A stretch of DNA of 64,000 nucleotides from an uncultured Pseudomonadales bacterium (GTDB taxonomy: Bacteria; Patescibacteriota; Microgenomatia; UBA1400; PJMF01): NCBI GenBank assembly GCA_964620965.1, contig CAZUHV010000001.1, positions 85,839-149,838 on the forward strand, read 5' to 3'. This document shows, piece by piece, positions 29,281 through 38,660 of this stretch (position 1 is its first letter; each line of letters starts with the position of its first letter). The translations under genes and the position numbers were made by a program. Under the pieces are notes generated by a model, which did no database searches, was not told the origin of the DNA, and saw nothing but the letters and a program-made list of their open reading frames with translations.

Positions 29281-30272
29281 GGGCCAACCACTCCACCTCT
29301 AAATGCTACTATAAGGTACATCACTATTATAAAAAAGATTATGTGTGCAACATTTTTGCCTACGAATCGGACTGAATCTCTATGTCCTGCAACAACTGCA
29401 TCATAAATAAGCACTGCAAGCAGAATTAAAATGATGCTTAAGAAAAATGCTTTAAGGACATGCTGAGGAGAAAAGAGAATCCCATTTGAAAGTTCTCCTT
29501 GAGGAACTACTGCCTCTGCAAGAACTTCTTCTGTTTGTGAATCTTCTAATTCTTGAGTTTGCATTTCATTTTCTAATTCTAGGGCTTGATCTTCTTGATT
29601 TTCTAGACTCTCTTCTGTCGCAATGTTGCTATTTATAGTAGTACTACTTGCCACTGCAGGCACTGAAACACTCGGTGCTTTTGCTACTGCTTGTGTTTCT
29701 GGAGTTCCAAACATTTGAACCACTAGTGTAGTCTCAACTCCATTTAATTGGCCATCTACAACAGCAATTCCAATTTCTTGATATCTAGGATTCATGATGT
29801 TAGCTCTGTGAGTTGGGGAGTTCATCCAGGCGCTCATCATTGGACTTGTAGAATCAAAGTCTCTTGCAAGATTTTCTCCTGCTATCTTATATACATACCC
29901 TGCAGATTTAATAAAATCCCAAGGTTCCTTTCCAGAAGGAGAAGTGTGTGCCCAATACCCTTCAGAAAACATGTTTTGTGCCTTTGCAATGGCGGCTTGA
30001 GCTAACAAAGTATTATAAGAAAGCGTTCCTAACCCCGATGCTAACCGCTGAGAATTTGTAGATTCAACAACTTGAGCAACAGTTATGTTAGAAGCATACC
30101 CGAGTATATTTCCTTTAGCTGGATGCACTGTAGACAATAAACCAACTAATTGATAGAAACCAATTGCAATTATTGATAAAAACAAAAGTGGTTTTGGGTG
30201 CAAAAATCTAGGTCTCTGGTTGTTAGACCTCTGTGGATGAAATAGATGCTTAAGAGTTTTTGATAATCCCAC
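29277..30272 (-). CDS. CAP/SCP/PR-1 domain protein (YkwD-like) with membrane anchors
   Basis: GYWAHTSPSGKEPWDF...GENLA...MMSAWMNSPTHRANIMNPRYQEIGIAV CAP-domain motifs. N- and C-terminal TM segments. Confidence 0.7.
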   Translation of the reverse strand: MGLSKTLKHLFHPQRSNNQRPRFLHPKPLLFLSIIAIGFYQLVGLLSTVHPAKGNILGYASNITVAQVVESTNSQRLASGLGTLSYNTLLAQAAIAKAQNMFSEGYWAHTSPSGKEPWDFIKSAGYVYKIAGENLARDFDSTSPMMSAWMNSPTHRANIMNPRYQEIGIAVVDGQLNGVETTLVVQMFGTPETQAVAKAPSVSVPAVASSTTINSNIATEESLENQEDQALELENEMQTQELEDSQTEEVLAEAVVPQGELSNGILFSPQHVLKAFFLSIILILLAVLIYDAVVAGHRDSVRFVGKNVAHIIFFIIVMYLIVAFRGGVVGP

Positions 30273-30315
30273 ACACTCTTTCTATATAGTTCATTATGCT
30301 AAGAAAATTTCTGAG

Positions 30316-31440
30316 TTACAAGGGGGATTCTGTAACAATTTGGCAAAAATCAGAGAAGTAACAACGTTTTAAAATAATTTTTTTTGTTTCTGGAGGTACA
30401 TCTGTATATACAAGGTTATGATAAAAAAATCCTGGAGTTTCAAAATAGTATATTTGAGGAAGCATAAACTGATGATGTTTTTTTTCTGCTAAATTTTTAA
30501 GGAAGTTATCCGACCAAGCTTCTGCGATAAAATAGCTAGAACTAGCATATTGATTTTCGTACTCAAAAAAGACTGAAACTTCATTTTCAGTTTCCTTGTT
30601 AACTTGGACTTCTATAACTTTGTCTTTTGAATCTGTTTGATTTGCATTATTGAAATAAGAAATATTCATAACTTTTTCTGCTTCTTTATTCCCAAATAAA
30701 TCTTCTGACCAATACTTTATTTCATTACCTACTAAATTTTTTGGAATAAAAAACTGGTATATTTCTTCATTGTTTTTCAATTCCTTAACTAGATTCGTCA
30801 CTATGCTAACTTCTTTTGAATCTTCGTACACAAAATATGAAACACTGATCAAAGAAACTGGTTTGTTTGCTCGAAACTGTAAAACAGAGTTTTCTGTAAC
30901 AAACAATTGCGTTGTTGTCATATCCCTAATTTGAAAGTTTGGTTTATAACTAGAATCAAATACATTGTTATTTGTAAAATGTATATCGTATATTCCCTTT
31001 TCAAATGTAAATCTTGATAAATCTATTACTACCTGATGCCAAGCATCAGTAACCGACTGTATTGATAATTGAGAAACTGGAACGTCTCCAATAAAAACTG
31101 TTAGTTGTGGTACATCTGTGATTTCAAAAAATTCTGGTTTGTTTTGACTATCATCTTTAATATAAAAAGATAAAAATTGAGTTGCATCTGTAATTTCTAT
31201 TTGATACTTATCCTGATCTATATCTACATACGAGATTACACTTTCTTTGTTTGAATACTGTTTCCCAGATTGTAAGAGCAAAAATTCGGTTTCAGCACTT
31301 ACCCATTCACCAGTTGCAAAAGTAATAGTTTCACTCTGAACAACACTGTCAAAAAATGCAAAAGAACGGAAATGCACTATTAAATTGAAACCTACAAAAA
31401 AAATAACAAATAATAAGAAACAGACACTAATTTTTTTCAT
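30316..31440 (-). CDS. secreted protein with SipW-cognate-like signal (AFFDS), possible matrix or anchoring protein
   Basis: Signal peptide followed by SFAFFDSVV, similar to the TasA-class motif. Located downstream of sipW. Confidence 0.4.
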   Translation of the reverse strand: MKKISVCFLLFVIFFVGFNLIVHFRSFAFFDSVVQSETITFATGEWVSAETEFLLLQSGKQYSNKESVISYVDIDQDKYQIEITDATQFLSFYIKDDSQNKPEFFEITDVPQLTVFIGDVPVSQLSIQSVTDAWHQVVIDLSRFTFEKGIYDIHFTNNNVFDSSYKPNFQIRDMTTTQLFVTENSVLQFRANKPVSLISVSYFVYEDSKEVSIVTNLVKELKNNEEIYQFFIPKNLVGNEIKYWSEDLFGNKEAEKVMNISYFNNANQTDSKDKVIEVQVNKETENEVSVFFEYENQYASSSYFIAEAWSDNFLKNLAEKKHHQFMLPQIYYFETPGFFYHNLVYTDVPPETKKIILKRCYFSDFCQIVTESPL

Positions 31441-31904
31441 ATATTTTTTTCTTTAAAACTTTTGATCTTGTTACCTACCACAAAAGATAAATAGAAAATG
31501 CTCCCAGTTAAGATAAGTAAAAGAGAATATTTAGACTTCATAAATAAAACTAAAAAACCTATTTTTGGGATACTAAAAAAAATCTTTCCAATAACTTGTT
31601 CTTTTTTAATTAGTGACAAATCAGAAAAAGTATTTGCATCTCCTTTAACTTCGTATAAGGTTTCAGAACTTTTGTGAATAGAAACTATTCTGTGAGTAAC
31701 TGTTATTCCTTCAATTTCATAACTTACTATGTCATTAGGAGAATACTGCTCCTGGCTTTTAGCCAGGAGCACATCCCCAAATACAAACTCTGGTTTCATT
31801 GAATTAGAGGTAACTATGAGTAATTTCACTTTTAATATCTGCATTGAAATAATAATTGTGAGATACGGTATTAAGAGAAAAAACCACACTACCTGTATTT
31901 TCAT
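31437..31904 (-). CDS. sipW: signal peptidase I, SipW/archaeal-eukaryal type (S26B)
   Basis: VTSNSMKPEFVFGDVLLAK catalytic Ser region. C-terminal TM. Confidence 0.65.
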   Translation of the reverse strand: MKIQVVWFFLLIPYLTIIISMQILKVKLLIVTSNSMKPEFVFGDVLLAKSQEQYSPNDIVSYEIEGITVTHRIVSIHKSSETLYEVKGDANTFSDLSLIKKEQVIGKIFFSIPKIGFLVLFMKSKYSLLLILTGSIFYLSFVVGNKIKSFKEKNI

Positions 31905-31909
31905 AAAAT

Positions 31910-32485
31910 TTAATATCCTGATGGCCAGCTAGCCCCTTGAAGTACTTGTTTTGCACCCACGTGTAAACTACTCGTGAAACCTTGATTTTGATATTCATTT
32001 GAAACTGAATCACTCAACTTTACAGAGATTCTCAAATGTTCCTGCTGTTGTGATAACACATCAATAAGTGTGTTTTCTGTTCCATCTTCACTGATATAAA
32101 ACTCACCTCCAACTTCAAAATTTGTTGGGGTGATATCTACCCAACCAAATTCTGTGAGTCGTTCCACCAAAGTTATCTCAACCATATTTGGATCAAGTTG
32201 AGCATCAGTCCAAAATCCATCAAGATATCCTTTAATATTTATCGGAAAGTCTCCAGAATTAAGTAAATCAAACTCCATAACGTGTACTTCACCAGGCTGC
32301 CAGTTTGAAACAGACAATACAGAATCTTGGTTCATTGTCAGCTCCAAATCACCAGAAACAAAAATGTTATCTGCTGAATTTGCTGATGCAGTAAAGTATG
32401 CCTTTGTAACAGCAAACGTAAATAATGATAAAAGAACAATAAACAGCAACGGGATATTGATCTTAGAAATTGGTATTGTTTTCAC
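31910..32485 (-). CDS. TasA/camelysin-family secreted protein (SipW-cognate signal peptide)
   Basis: Signal peptide ending KAYFTASANS then FVSGDLELT, the hallmark of the TasA/CalY family. Immediately upstream of sipW. Confidence 0.6.
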   Translation of the reverse strand: MKTIPISKINIPLLFIVLLSLFTFAVTKAYFTASANSADNIFVSGDLELTMNQDSVLSVSNWQPGEVHVMEFDLLNSGDFPINIKGYLDGFWTDAQLDPNMVEITLVERLTEFGWVDITPTNFEVGGEFYISEDGTENTLIDVLSQQQEHLRISVKLSDSVSNEYQNQGFTSSLHVGAKQVLQGASWPSGY

Positions 32486-32581
32486 GATACTCCTTTCAAT
32501 ACTTAATATTTTCTTGATAATAAGACCAAATTCTTACATTGAGCTGTCATTATCAAAAAAATGTGTGTACAATAAAAAATA

Positions 32582-32977
32582 TTGATGTCATACAACAAAT
32601 TGACAAAACAAGAAAAAGAAGTAATTGAAAATCGTGGAACAGAACGCCCATTTACTGGTGAGTATGATGATTTCTATGAACCAGGTACTTTTATTTGTAG
32701 GAAATGTAATACTCCACTTTTTTCATCTCAGGCAAAATTTGATGCCGGCTGTGGATGGCCAGCCTTTGAAGATACCTTTGCAAACGCTGTAAAAAGAATT
32801 CGTGGTCCTTTTACACCTTGGGCAGAAATTCGCTGTGCCCATTGTGATGCACATCTTGGGCATGTGTTTGAAGGCGAACAATTTACTATCAAAAACACTA
32901 GACATTGTGTAAACTCAGTTTCAATACGATTTATTAAAGAAGGTGAAAATCTTCCACCAATTTTAGAAGAAGATTAA
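32582..32977 (+). CDS. msrB: peptide-methionine (R)-S-oxide reductase MsrB
   Basis: Two CxxC zinc motifs (CRKC...CAHC). Active-site RCAHCDAHLGHVF. Confidence 0.9.
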   Translation: MMSYNKLTKQEKEVIENRGTERPFTGEYDDFYEPGTFICRKCNTPLFSSQAKFDAGCGWPAFEDTFANAVKRIRGPFTPWAEIRCAHCDAHLGHVFEGEQFTIKNTRHCVNSVSIRFIKEGENLPPILEED

Positions 32978-32978
32978 T

Positions 32979-33512
32979 ATGAATCTTGAAACCGCAACTA
33001 TAGCAAATGGATGCTTTTGGTGCACAGAGGCAATCTTTCAACAATTAAAAGGTGTTGTTTCCGTTACACCAGGCTATTCTGGTGGAAGAAGGAAAAATCC
33101 AAGTTATGAGCAAGTTTCTACAGGAGTAAGTGGACATGCAGAAGCAATCCAAATTGAGTTCGATCCTACTGTCATTTCCTTTAAAACTCTTTTAGACGTG
33201 TTTTGGCACACACATAATCCAACTACACTAAATAGGCAAGGATATGACGTTGGAACTGAATATAGGTCAGCAATCTTCTATAATTCGGAAGAGCAAAAAA
33301 AGACTGCAGAGCAATCATTACAAGATTTTGAAAAAGAAGGCTTATACGACAAACCAGTTGTCACAGAAATTACCAAATTTGATGCATTCTACCCTGCAGA
33401 AAACTATCACAAAAATTTTTATAAAAATAATCCCAATGCTCCATACTGCACGTTTGTAATAGAACCAAAATTGAAAAAATTTTGGGAAAAATACAAGGAC
33501 TTAACAAAATAA
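32979..33512 (+). CDS. msrA: peptide-methionine (S)-S-oxide reductase MsrA
   Basis: GCFWC active-site motif near the N-terminus. Confidence 0.9.
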   Translation: MNLETATIANGCFWCTEAIFQQLKGVVSVTPGYSGGRRKNPSYEQVSTGVSGHAEAIQIEFDPTVISFKTLLDVFWHTHNPTTLNRQGYDVGTEYRSAIFYNSEEQKKTAEQSLQDFEKEGLYDKPVVTEITKFDAFYPAENYHKNFYKNNPNAPYCTFVIEPKLKKFWEKYKDLTK

Positions 33513-33516
33513 CTAA

Positions 33517-34077
33517 CTAGTTAATCATCCACAATGTGTAGTTTAAAACTCCAGCAAAGGTAACCCAAGCAAGATATGGGAGCAGTAATAGACCTGCCCA
33601 TTTGCTAAATCTTATAAACACATAAATTAAAGTTGCAATCATTATCCATAATAAAGAAATTACTACAAATGCTGCACCAAGCTCTTTCATGCCAAAAAAT
33701 ACCAATGACCAAATAGAATTAACAACTAAATGAATTAAAAAGAAAATGACTGCAGAGTACATCTGTTCTCTTTTCTTTGCTTGCAATTTATATTTAAACC
33801 ACGCAATGATTCCTGTTGGTTTCTGAAGCTGAACCCAAATTAAATAGAGAGAGATACCCATTAGGGTGTATAAAATGAACCAGACTGGTGCAAAAACCCA
33901 GTTTGGGGGGTTAAAGTTTGGCTTTGCAAGTGTGACATACCATGTTGTAATTGACTGCTGGGTTGCAAATGAACCTACAAAACCAGCTAAGTGTGAAAGT
34001 AAAATGGATACACCTAATAACAGAGGAGATTTAATTTCAATTTTGTTTTTTTTCTTCATATAAAAAAAGTATAACAA
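33517..34077 (-). CDS. tspO: TspO/MBR family tryptophan-rich sensory protein
   Basis: Five-TM protein with W/Y-rich motifs (WFILYTLMGISLYLIW and KPNFNPPNWVFAPVW). Confidence 0.75.
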   Translation of the reverse strand: MLYFFYMKKKNKIEIKSPLLLGVSILLSHLAGFVGSFATQQSITTWYVTLAKPNFNPPNWVFAPVWFILYTLMGISLYLIWVQLQKPTGIIAWFKYKLQAKKREQMYSAVIFFLIHLVVNSIWSLVFFGMKELGAAFVVISLLWIMIATLIYVFIRFSKWAGLLLLPYLAWVTFAGVLNYTLWMIN

Positions 34078-34151
34078 ATATTAGTCTGCAATAGTACTGA
34101 AGAACTGATATAATAGTGGTCTTAATTGCACTTTTATAAAAAATCGTTAAT

Positions 34152-34225
34152 GGCCCCATCGTCTAGCGGTTAGGACACCAGGTTCTCATCCTGGTAACCA
34201 GAGTTCGATTCTCTGTGGGGTCACC
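34152..34225 (+). tRNA. tRNA-Glu (anticodon CUC)
   Basis: Acceptor GGCCCCA/TGGGGTC. D arm TCGTCTAGCGGTTAGGACA. Anticodon stem CCAGG/CCTGG with loop TTCTCAT. T arm AGAGTTCGATTCTCT. Discriminator A then CC encoded. Confidence 0.8.
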
Positions 34226-35743
34226 TAAAGCAACACCCTGTGTATTAAAGTTAAATAATGATTGATACATAGGGTTTATTTCAGGGTTCAATGTTCCATT
34301 AAAGTCATATGTGACACCTTTGGGAAAGATTGAACCAAATAAAGCTTTTATCTGAGGTACGGTCGATTTTTTGTACGTAGCTCCTAAATCACTCAAAGTT
34401 TCTTTTATAAAAGCTGTTAGCTTGTTGATATCATATTTTTCAAGCGTTGAGTCTGCTTTGGCAACATGAGCTTTCTGTAGTTTATTCTCTATTAATGCGT
34501 TTTGTTCCATGAATATTTCATCGGTATACACACCCATCATGTTTTTTTGCACCAACACTTTTCTCATATCTTTGAGTCTTTGAATTTCATCATCTGCTAC
34601 GTTTTTGGCTTTCTTTACATTGGCAAGCCTCCTTTCATATTCTTCAACTACATACTGTGTAAATAACTCAATACATTCTTTACTTGGTGAAATGGATCTC
34701 AACAATCGAACCACTTCTTCATCTAACTGTTCAGCTCTAATAGAAGCGGCCTGACATTTAGTAGAACATCGGTAGTATGGATACTTTTTACTTCTACCTT
34801 TACTCCAACCAGCAGTTATTCCTTTGCCACACTCAGAACACTTAACAATCCTTCTTAACGGAAATGTTTTATTATTTCTAACTCGTTTTGTATTTACTAC
34901 AGGTTTAAAAACTCTTCTACCATCTAAAGCATCCTGAACTTTATAGAACTGTTCTAATGAAATCATTGGCCTGTGTTGACCTTGGACTTCTTCTTTATAA
35001 GTATCTGACGTCAAAATTCCTGCATAAAATTTATTACGAAGCATTCGTTGAACGGTAGGCACCTTTAATTTTATTCTTTTGCCTTTATGAACAGTGTATA
35101 AGCCCAGCTCGTTCATGATTTTCGTTATTTCAATGAGGCTTTTGTTTCCAAGCGCCATCAAATCCCACGCCTGCACCATCTTGTCCCATGATTCTGGGTC
35201 TTCGATTGGAAATTTGTTAACATCCATCATGTACCCAAGTGGAGGTTTTCTTGTGATTAATCCAGACTTGAACCTTGCATACATGCCATTTCTTGTTCTC
35301 TCGCTGCGTACATCATTATCATGCTGAGCAAAACTGGCCATGATAGTTTCTAGCAGTGTATCTGTTGGAGACGTTCCTGTGGGTTCTGAGGCTGAAATTA
35401 GCTGTATATTATTGCTGATCAAGGTCTTTCTGATTGAAAGATAATCTGAAGTTTGTCGAGAAAGTCGATCTAGTCTGTAGATAATAACAGCACCAAGCGT
35501 TCTTTTATTTTTCTTGCAATAATGCAGTAACTCGACTAATTCTGGACGACCAGCTATAGTTTTGGCAGACTTACCTTCCTCACGAAATATTTTGATAACT
35601 TTCAAGCCTTTTCTAATAGCTTCTTTTCGACACAGTTCTTCTTGAGTATCTAATGAAAAATTATCAACTTGCTCTTCGGTTGAAACTCTGAGGTAAATAA
35701 TTGCATCAGTTTTAGTAGTATTTTGAGCTTTATTTCTAGTCAT
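34163..35743 (-). CDS. large serine recombinase (resolvase catalytic domain, recombinase domain and zinc ribbon)
   Basis: IIYLRVSTEEQ catalytic Ser motif. Recombinase domain. Zinc ribbon CSECG...YYRCSTKC. C-terminal coiled coil. The last about 21 codons are encoded antisense to the 3' two-thirds of tRNA-Glu. Confidence 0.8.
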   Translation of the reverse strand: MTRNKAQNTTKTDAIIYLRVSTEEQVDNFSLDTQEELCRKEAIRKGLKVIKIFREEGKSAKTIAGRPELVELLHYCKKNKRTLGAVIIYRLDRLSRQTSDYLSIRKTLISNNIQLISASEPTGTSPTDTLLETIMASFAQHDNDVRSERTRNGMYARFKSGLITRKPPLGYMMDVNKFPIEDPESWDKMVQAWDLMALGNKSLIEITKIMNELGLYTVHKGKRIKLKVPTVQRMLRNKFYAGILTSDTYKEEVQGQHRPMISLEQFYKVQDALDGRRVFKPVVNTKRVRNNKTFPLRRIVKCSECGKGITAGWSKGRSKKYPYYRCSTKCQAASIRAEQLDEEVVRLLRSISPSKECIELFTQYVVEEYERRLANVKKAKNVADDEIQRLKDMRKVLVQKNMMGVYTDEIFMEQNALIENKLQKAHVAKADSTLEKYDINKLTAFIKETLSDLGATYKKSTVPQIKALFGSIFPKGVTYDFNGTLNPEINPMYQSLFNFNTQGVALGDPTENRTLVTRMRTWCPNR

Positions 35744-35939
35744 AATTCAGCTGGTTTAGTAATTCATCTAACGTTTTTCCTTCAAACATTTCTTTTTCAA
35801 AGTCGTCTAACCAACTAGTTGCCAAAAATTTAATTTCAACAACTGAATCTTGCAAAATTTCTTGAGGAATTGGTGAGTTTTCACCAGTGTAGGTATTGGG
35901 GTTATTGTCTAATTCGTGGCTATTTTTCATCTCGATCAA
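35736..35939 (-). CDS. hypothetical small acidic protein (candidate recombination directionality factor)
   Basis: 67 aa, pI acidic. Its stop overlaps the recombinase start by 8 nt. The functional assignment is speculative. Confidence 0.3.
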   Translation of the reverse strand: MIEMKNSHELDNNPNTYTGENSPIPQEILQDSVVEIKFLATSWLDDFEKEMFEGKTLDELLNQLNYD

Positions 35940-35948
35940 CCCTTATTT

Positions 35949-35991
35949 AACTATCCATATACGGTTAGTATATATACTATTACGGATAGTT
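35949..35991. promoter_or_regulatory. nested palindrome (candidate operator or recombinase-binding site) upstream of the T4CP gene
   Basis: Outer inverted repeat AACTATCC/GGATAGTT encloses a perfect 14-bp palindrome TAGTATATATACTA. A TTGCCA-17-TATACT promoter follows at 36009..36037. Confidence 0.4.
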
Positions 35992-36071
35992 GTCAACACT
36001 AATTTATTGCCAAAAACCAGAGGTTGGGGTATACTCCAACACAACATTGTCTGCCCAAAGAAAAGAAGGGC

Positions 36072-38660
36072 ATGGCTACTGATTTAAACCAAATACTCTC
36101 ATACTTTCCTGCCACAGTAATTCCATCAATCAACTGGTCTGTTCTTTATTTTTCCCTCAGCATTTTTTTCATTTTTCTTGTTTCACTCTTCTTAGCTTTT
36201 CAGCTCATTCGGCTTGCCTTGTTATATAGACTTCACACTGCAAAACATGTCTATTTAGAAATTAAGCCACTCAAAAAGACAGAGCTTAATCCATATTCTA
36301 CCGAGCAACTCTTTAATCTCTTTCATAGCATTACCAATCAAAGGTCTTTTATTGAGAGAATATTTAGAGTTACAAAAAGTATTAGCCTGGAGATTGTCTC
36401 CACCAAGGCCGATGGTATTCGCTATGTGATTCGAGCACCTCAGTCTTTATCAGGACTTATCAAAAATAGCTTGCTGTCATATCTGCCAGGAATTCAGATC
36501 AACAAAACCGCTGAGTATCTACAGAAAAGTGAAAATAGTTTTACCACACAACTAAAACTTGCCAAACACTTTGCTTTCCCTCTAAAGGCTCATGAAAGTT
36601 TAGATAAAAATGACCCTATCGCGTACTTAACTGGGGCTATGACTAAACTCAAGGAAAACGAGTTACTTGCCTATCAAATTGTTATCAGCCCTGTTTCAAA
36701 ATCAAAACTTCCTGAAGTTAAACGACTCCAAAAACTCATCAAGAGTAAACAAGACTTAACTGCCGAAATTGCCCATGCACATTCAGGTGCTTGGTTGTAT
36801 CTGACAATTTCTTACGCACTACAAATCTTACTTTTACCACTTGGTTTATTAGTGTTCCTAGCTACCGATGGTAGAGATGGGCCATTATTACCACTGCCTA
36901 AAATTCTAAAAGGCAAGAAATCAAGTAATGCCTACCAGAGTGAAATTGAAAAGCTAGTTAAAAAGAAAATTGATCAGCCTTTATACAAGGCTTCAATCAG
37001 AGTGCTTTCTCAATCAACAAATGAATATTGGGCTAAGAAAAAATCAAAAGGTTTTGTTTCAACGCTCAAGTCAATGAGTGGTACTCAATATCAACATCTT
37101 ACTAAAAGTCTTAAACTTCCAATCAAGCAACTTAACACTTTCAAGAACTTATTGTTTAGAAATCGGCTATTACTCCCTTTTAACAACACAATACTGTCTG
37201 CATCCGAACTTGGAGATTTATATCACTTCCCATTCACCAAGACGACAAAAACTGAAGATATGCAAAAGCAGTTTAGCAAGGATTTACCTGCACCGCTGTC
37301 ACTCAAAAAAGGTAATAAGCTTGATGTAGTATTTGCCCAAAATACGTATGGTAATTCCAGAACATTGATCGGCTTAACCGAGGATGAACGCAGAAGACAC
37401 ATGTACATCTTGGGAGCTACAGGTACGGGCAAATCAACCATGCTACTGAGCATGATCAACTCCGATATTCAAAACGGCAAAGGATTGGCAGTTGTTGATC
37501 CTCATGGAGATTTGATTGAACAAATTTTACATCTAATACCAAAAGAGCGGATCAAAGATGTTGTGTACTTTAACCCTGATGATATTGAGTATCCGATGGG
37601 AATCAACTTACTTGAGTTATCACAAGGCTTAGGTGAAGAAGCTGCATTAAGAGAAAAAGAATACATCTCTGAAAGCATTATTTCTTTGTTCCATAAAATC
37701 TATACCGAAAAATACTCGGGCCCAAGGATGGAGTATATCCTCAGAAACACCATTCATACTGCCTTTACTGTTCCTGGAGCAACATTATTTACTGTCTATA
37801 AATTACTAATCAATACTAAGTTTAGAAAATCAGTGGTTAAACAACTAACCGATGAAAACCTCAAAGACTTTTGGAAGTATGAGTTTGCCAAAGCTGGAGA
37901 CTACCAGAAAGTAAAAATGATCTCACCAATTACTAACAAAATTGGTCGTTTCCTGTTTTCTCCAACAGCTAAAAGAATCTTGGAGCAAGAAAAATCTACC
38001 ATAAACTTTGAAGAAATAATGAATGAAGGCAAGATCTTGCTTTGTAACTTATCCAAAGGAAAGCTTGGAGAAGATAACTCAAAAGTGTTTGGCGTGGTGG
38101 TTATGGCAAAACTACAGCTTGCTTCTCTAAGGCGTGCTCGAATGGCTGAGAAAGATAGAAAAGACTTCTACTTATATGTTGATGAATTCCAAAACTTTGC
38201 CACTCCCGCTTTTGCACAAATATTGTCTGAGGCTAGAAAGTATAGACTAGGGGCAATACTAGCCCATCAAACAACTTCACAGTTGGAAGACAAGTCATTA
38301 GTTAATGTGACACTGGCTAACACTGGAACAGTAATTTGCTTTAGAACTGCTAACCCAGAAGATGAGACACTCATCTTGCCTCAATTCAGGCCATATGTTG
38401 AACAAGGTGATATTGCTGGATTACCGTCATACAGATTCTTTATGAGACTAGGTGCTTTAAACCCTGAAGAGCCTTTTTCTGGGATTACTATGCCTGTTGA
38501 AATTAGGGAAAACAAAGGAAGAGTGAATGAGGTGATTGAGAATTCTAGAAAGCACTTTGCCATGAAATACGAGCCGTCAGCAACAACACAAGTTTTTCGT
38601 AGATATAAAAAGGTAAGTAAACCCAAATCTAAAACACAGGCATTTTCGACCTTGCCTTAG
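36072..38660 (+). CDS. type IV coupling protein-like ATPase (TraD/TrwB/VirD4 or TraG-D_C family, membrane-anchored)
   Basis: N-terminal TM helices. Walker A YILGATGTGKST. VVDPHGDL. Walker B YLYVDEFQNF. The ORF track starts at 36024, which lies inside the predicted promoter, so the ATG at 36072 (MATDLNQ) is preferred. Confidence 0.55.
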   Translation: MATDLNQILSYFPATVIPSINWSVLYFSLSIFFIFLVSLFLAFQLIRLALLYRLHTAKHVYLEIKPLKKTELNPYSTEQLFNLFHSITNQRSFIERIFRVTKSISLEIVSTKADGIRYVIRAPQSLSGLIKNSLLSYLPGIQINKTAEYLQKSENSFTTQLKLAKHFAFPLKAHESLDKNDPIAYLTGAMTKLKENELLAYQIVISPVSKSKLPEVKRLQKLIKSKQDLTAEIAHAHSGAWLYLTISYALQILLLPLGLLVFLATDGRDGPLLPLPKILKGKKSSNAYQSEIEKLVKKKIDQPLYKASIRVLSQSTNEYWAKKKSKGFVSTLKSMSGTQYQHLTKSLKLPIKQLNTFKNLLFRNRLLLPFNNTILSASELGDLYHFPFTKTTKTEDMQKQFSKDLPAPLSLKKGNKLDVVFAQNTYGNSRTLIGLTEDERRRHMYILGATGTGKSTMLLSMINSDIQNGKGLAVVDPHGDLIEQILHLIPKERIKDVVYFNPDDIEYPMGINLLELSQGLGEEAALREKEYISESIISLFHKIYTEKYSGPRMEYILRNTIHTAFTVPGATLFTVYKLLINTKFRKSVVKQLTDENLKDFWKYEFAKAGDYQKVKMISPITNKIGRFLFSPTAKRILEQEKSTINFEEIMNEGKILLCNLSKGKLGEDNSKVFGVVVMAKLQLASLRRARMAEKDRKDFYLYVDEFQNFATPAFAQILSEARKYRLGAILAHQTTSQLEDKSLVNVTLANTGTVICFRTANPEDETLILPQFRPYVEQGDIAGLPSYRFFMRLGALNPEEPFSGITMPVEIRENKGRVNEVIENSRKHFAMKYEPSATTQVFRRYKKVSKPKSKTQAFSTLP

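Noticed and set aside
36024-36071. Longer N-terminal extension of the T4CP-like ORF (MGYTPTQHCLPKEKKG)
   Set aside because: The extension overlaps the predicted TTGCCA-17-TATACT promoter. The ATG at 36072 has a purine-rich RBS and begins directly before the first TM segment.
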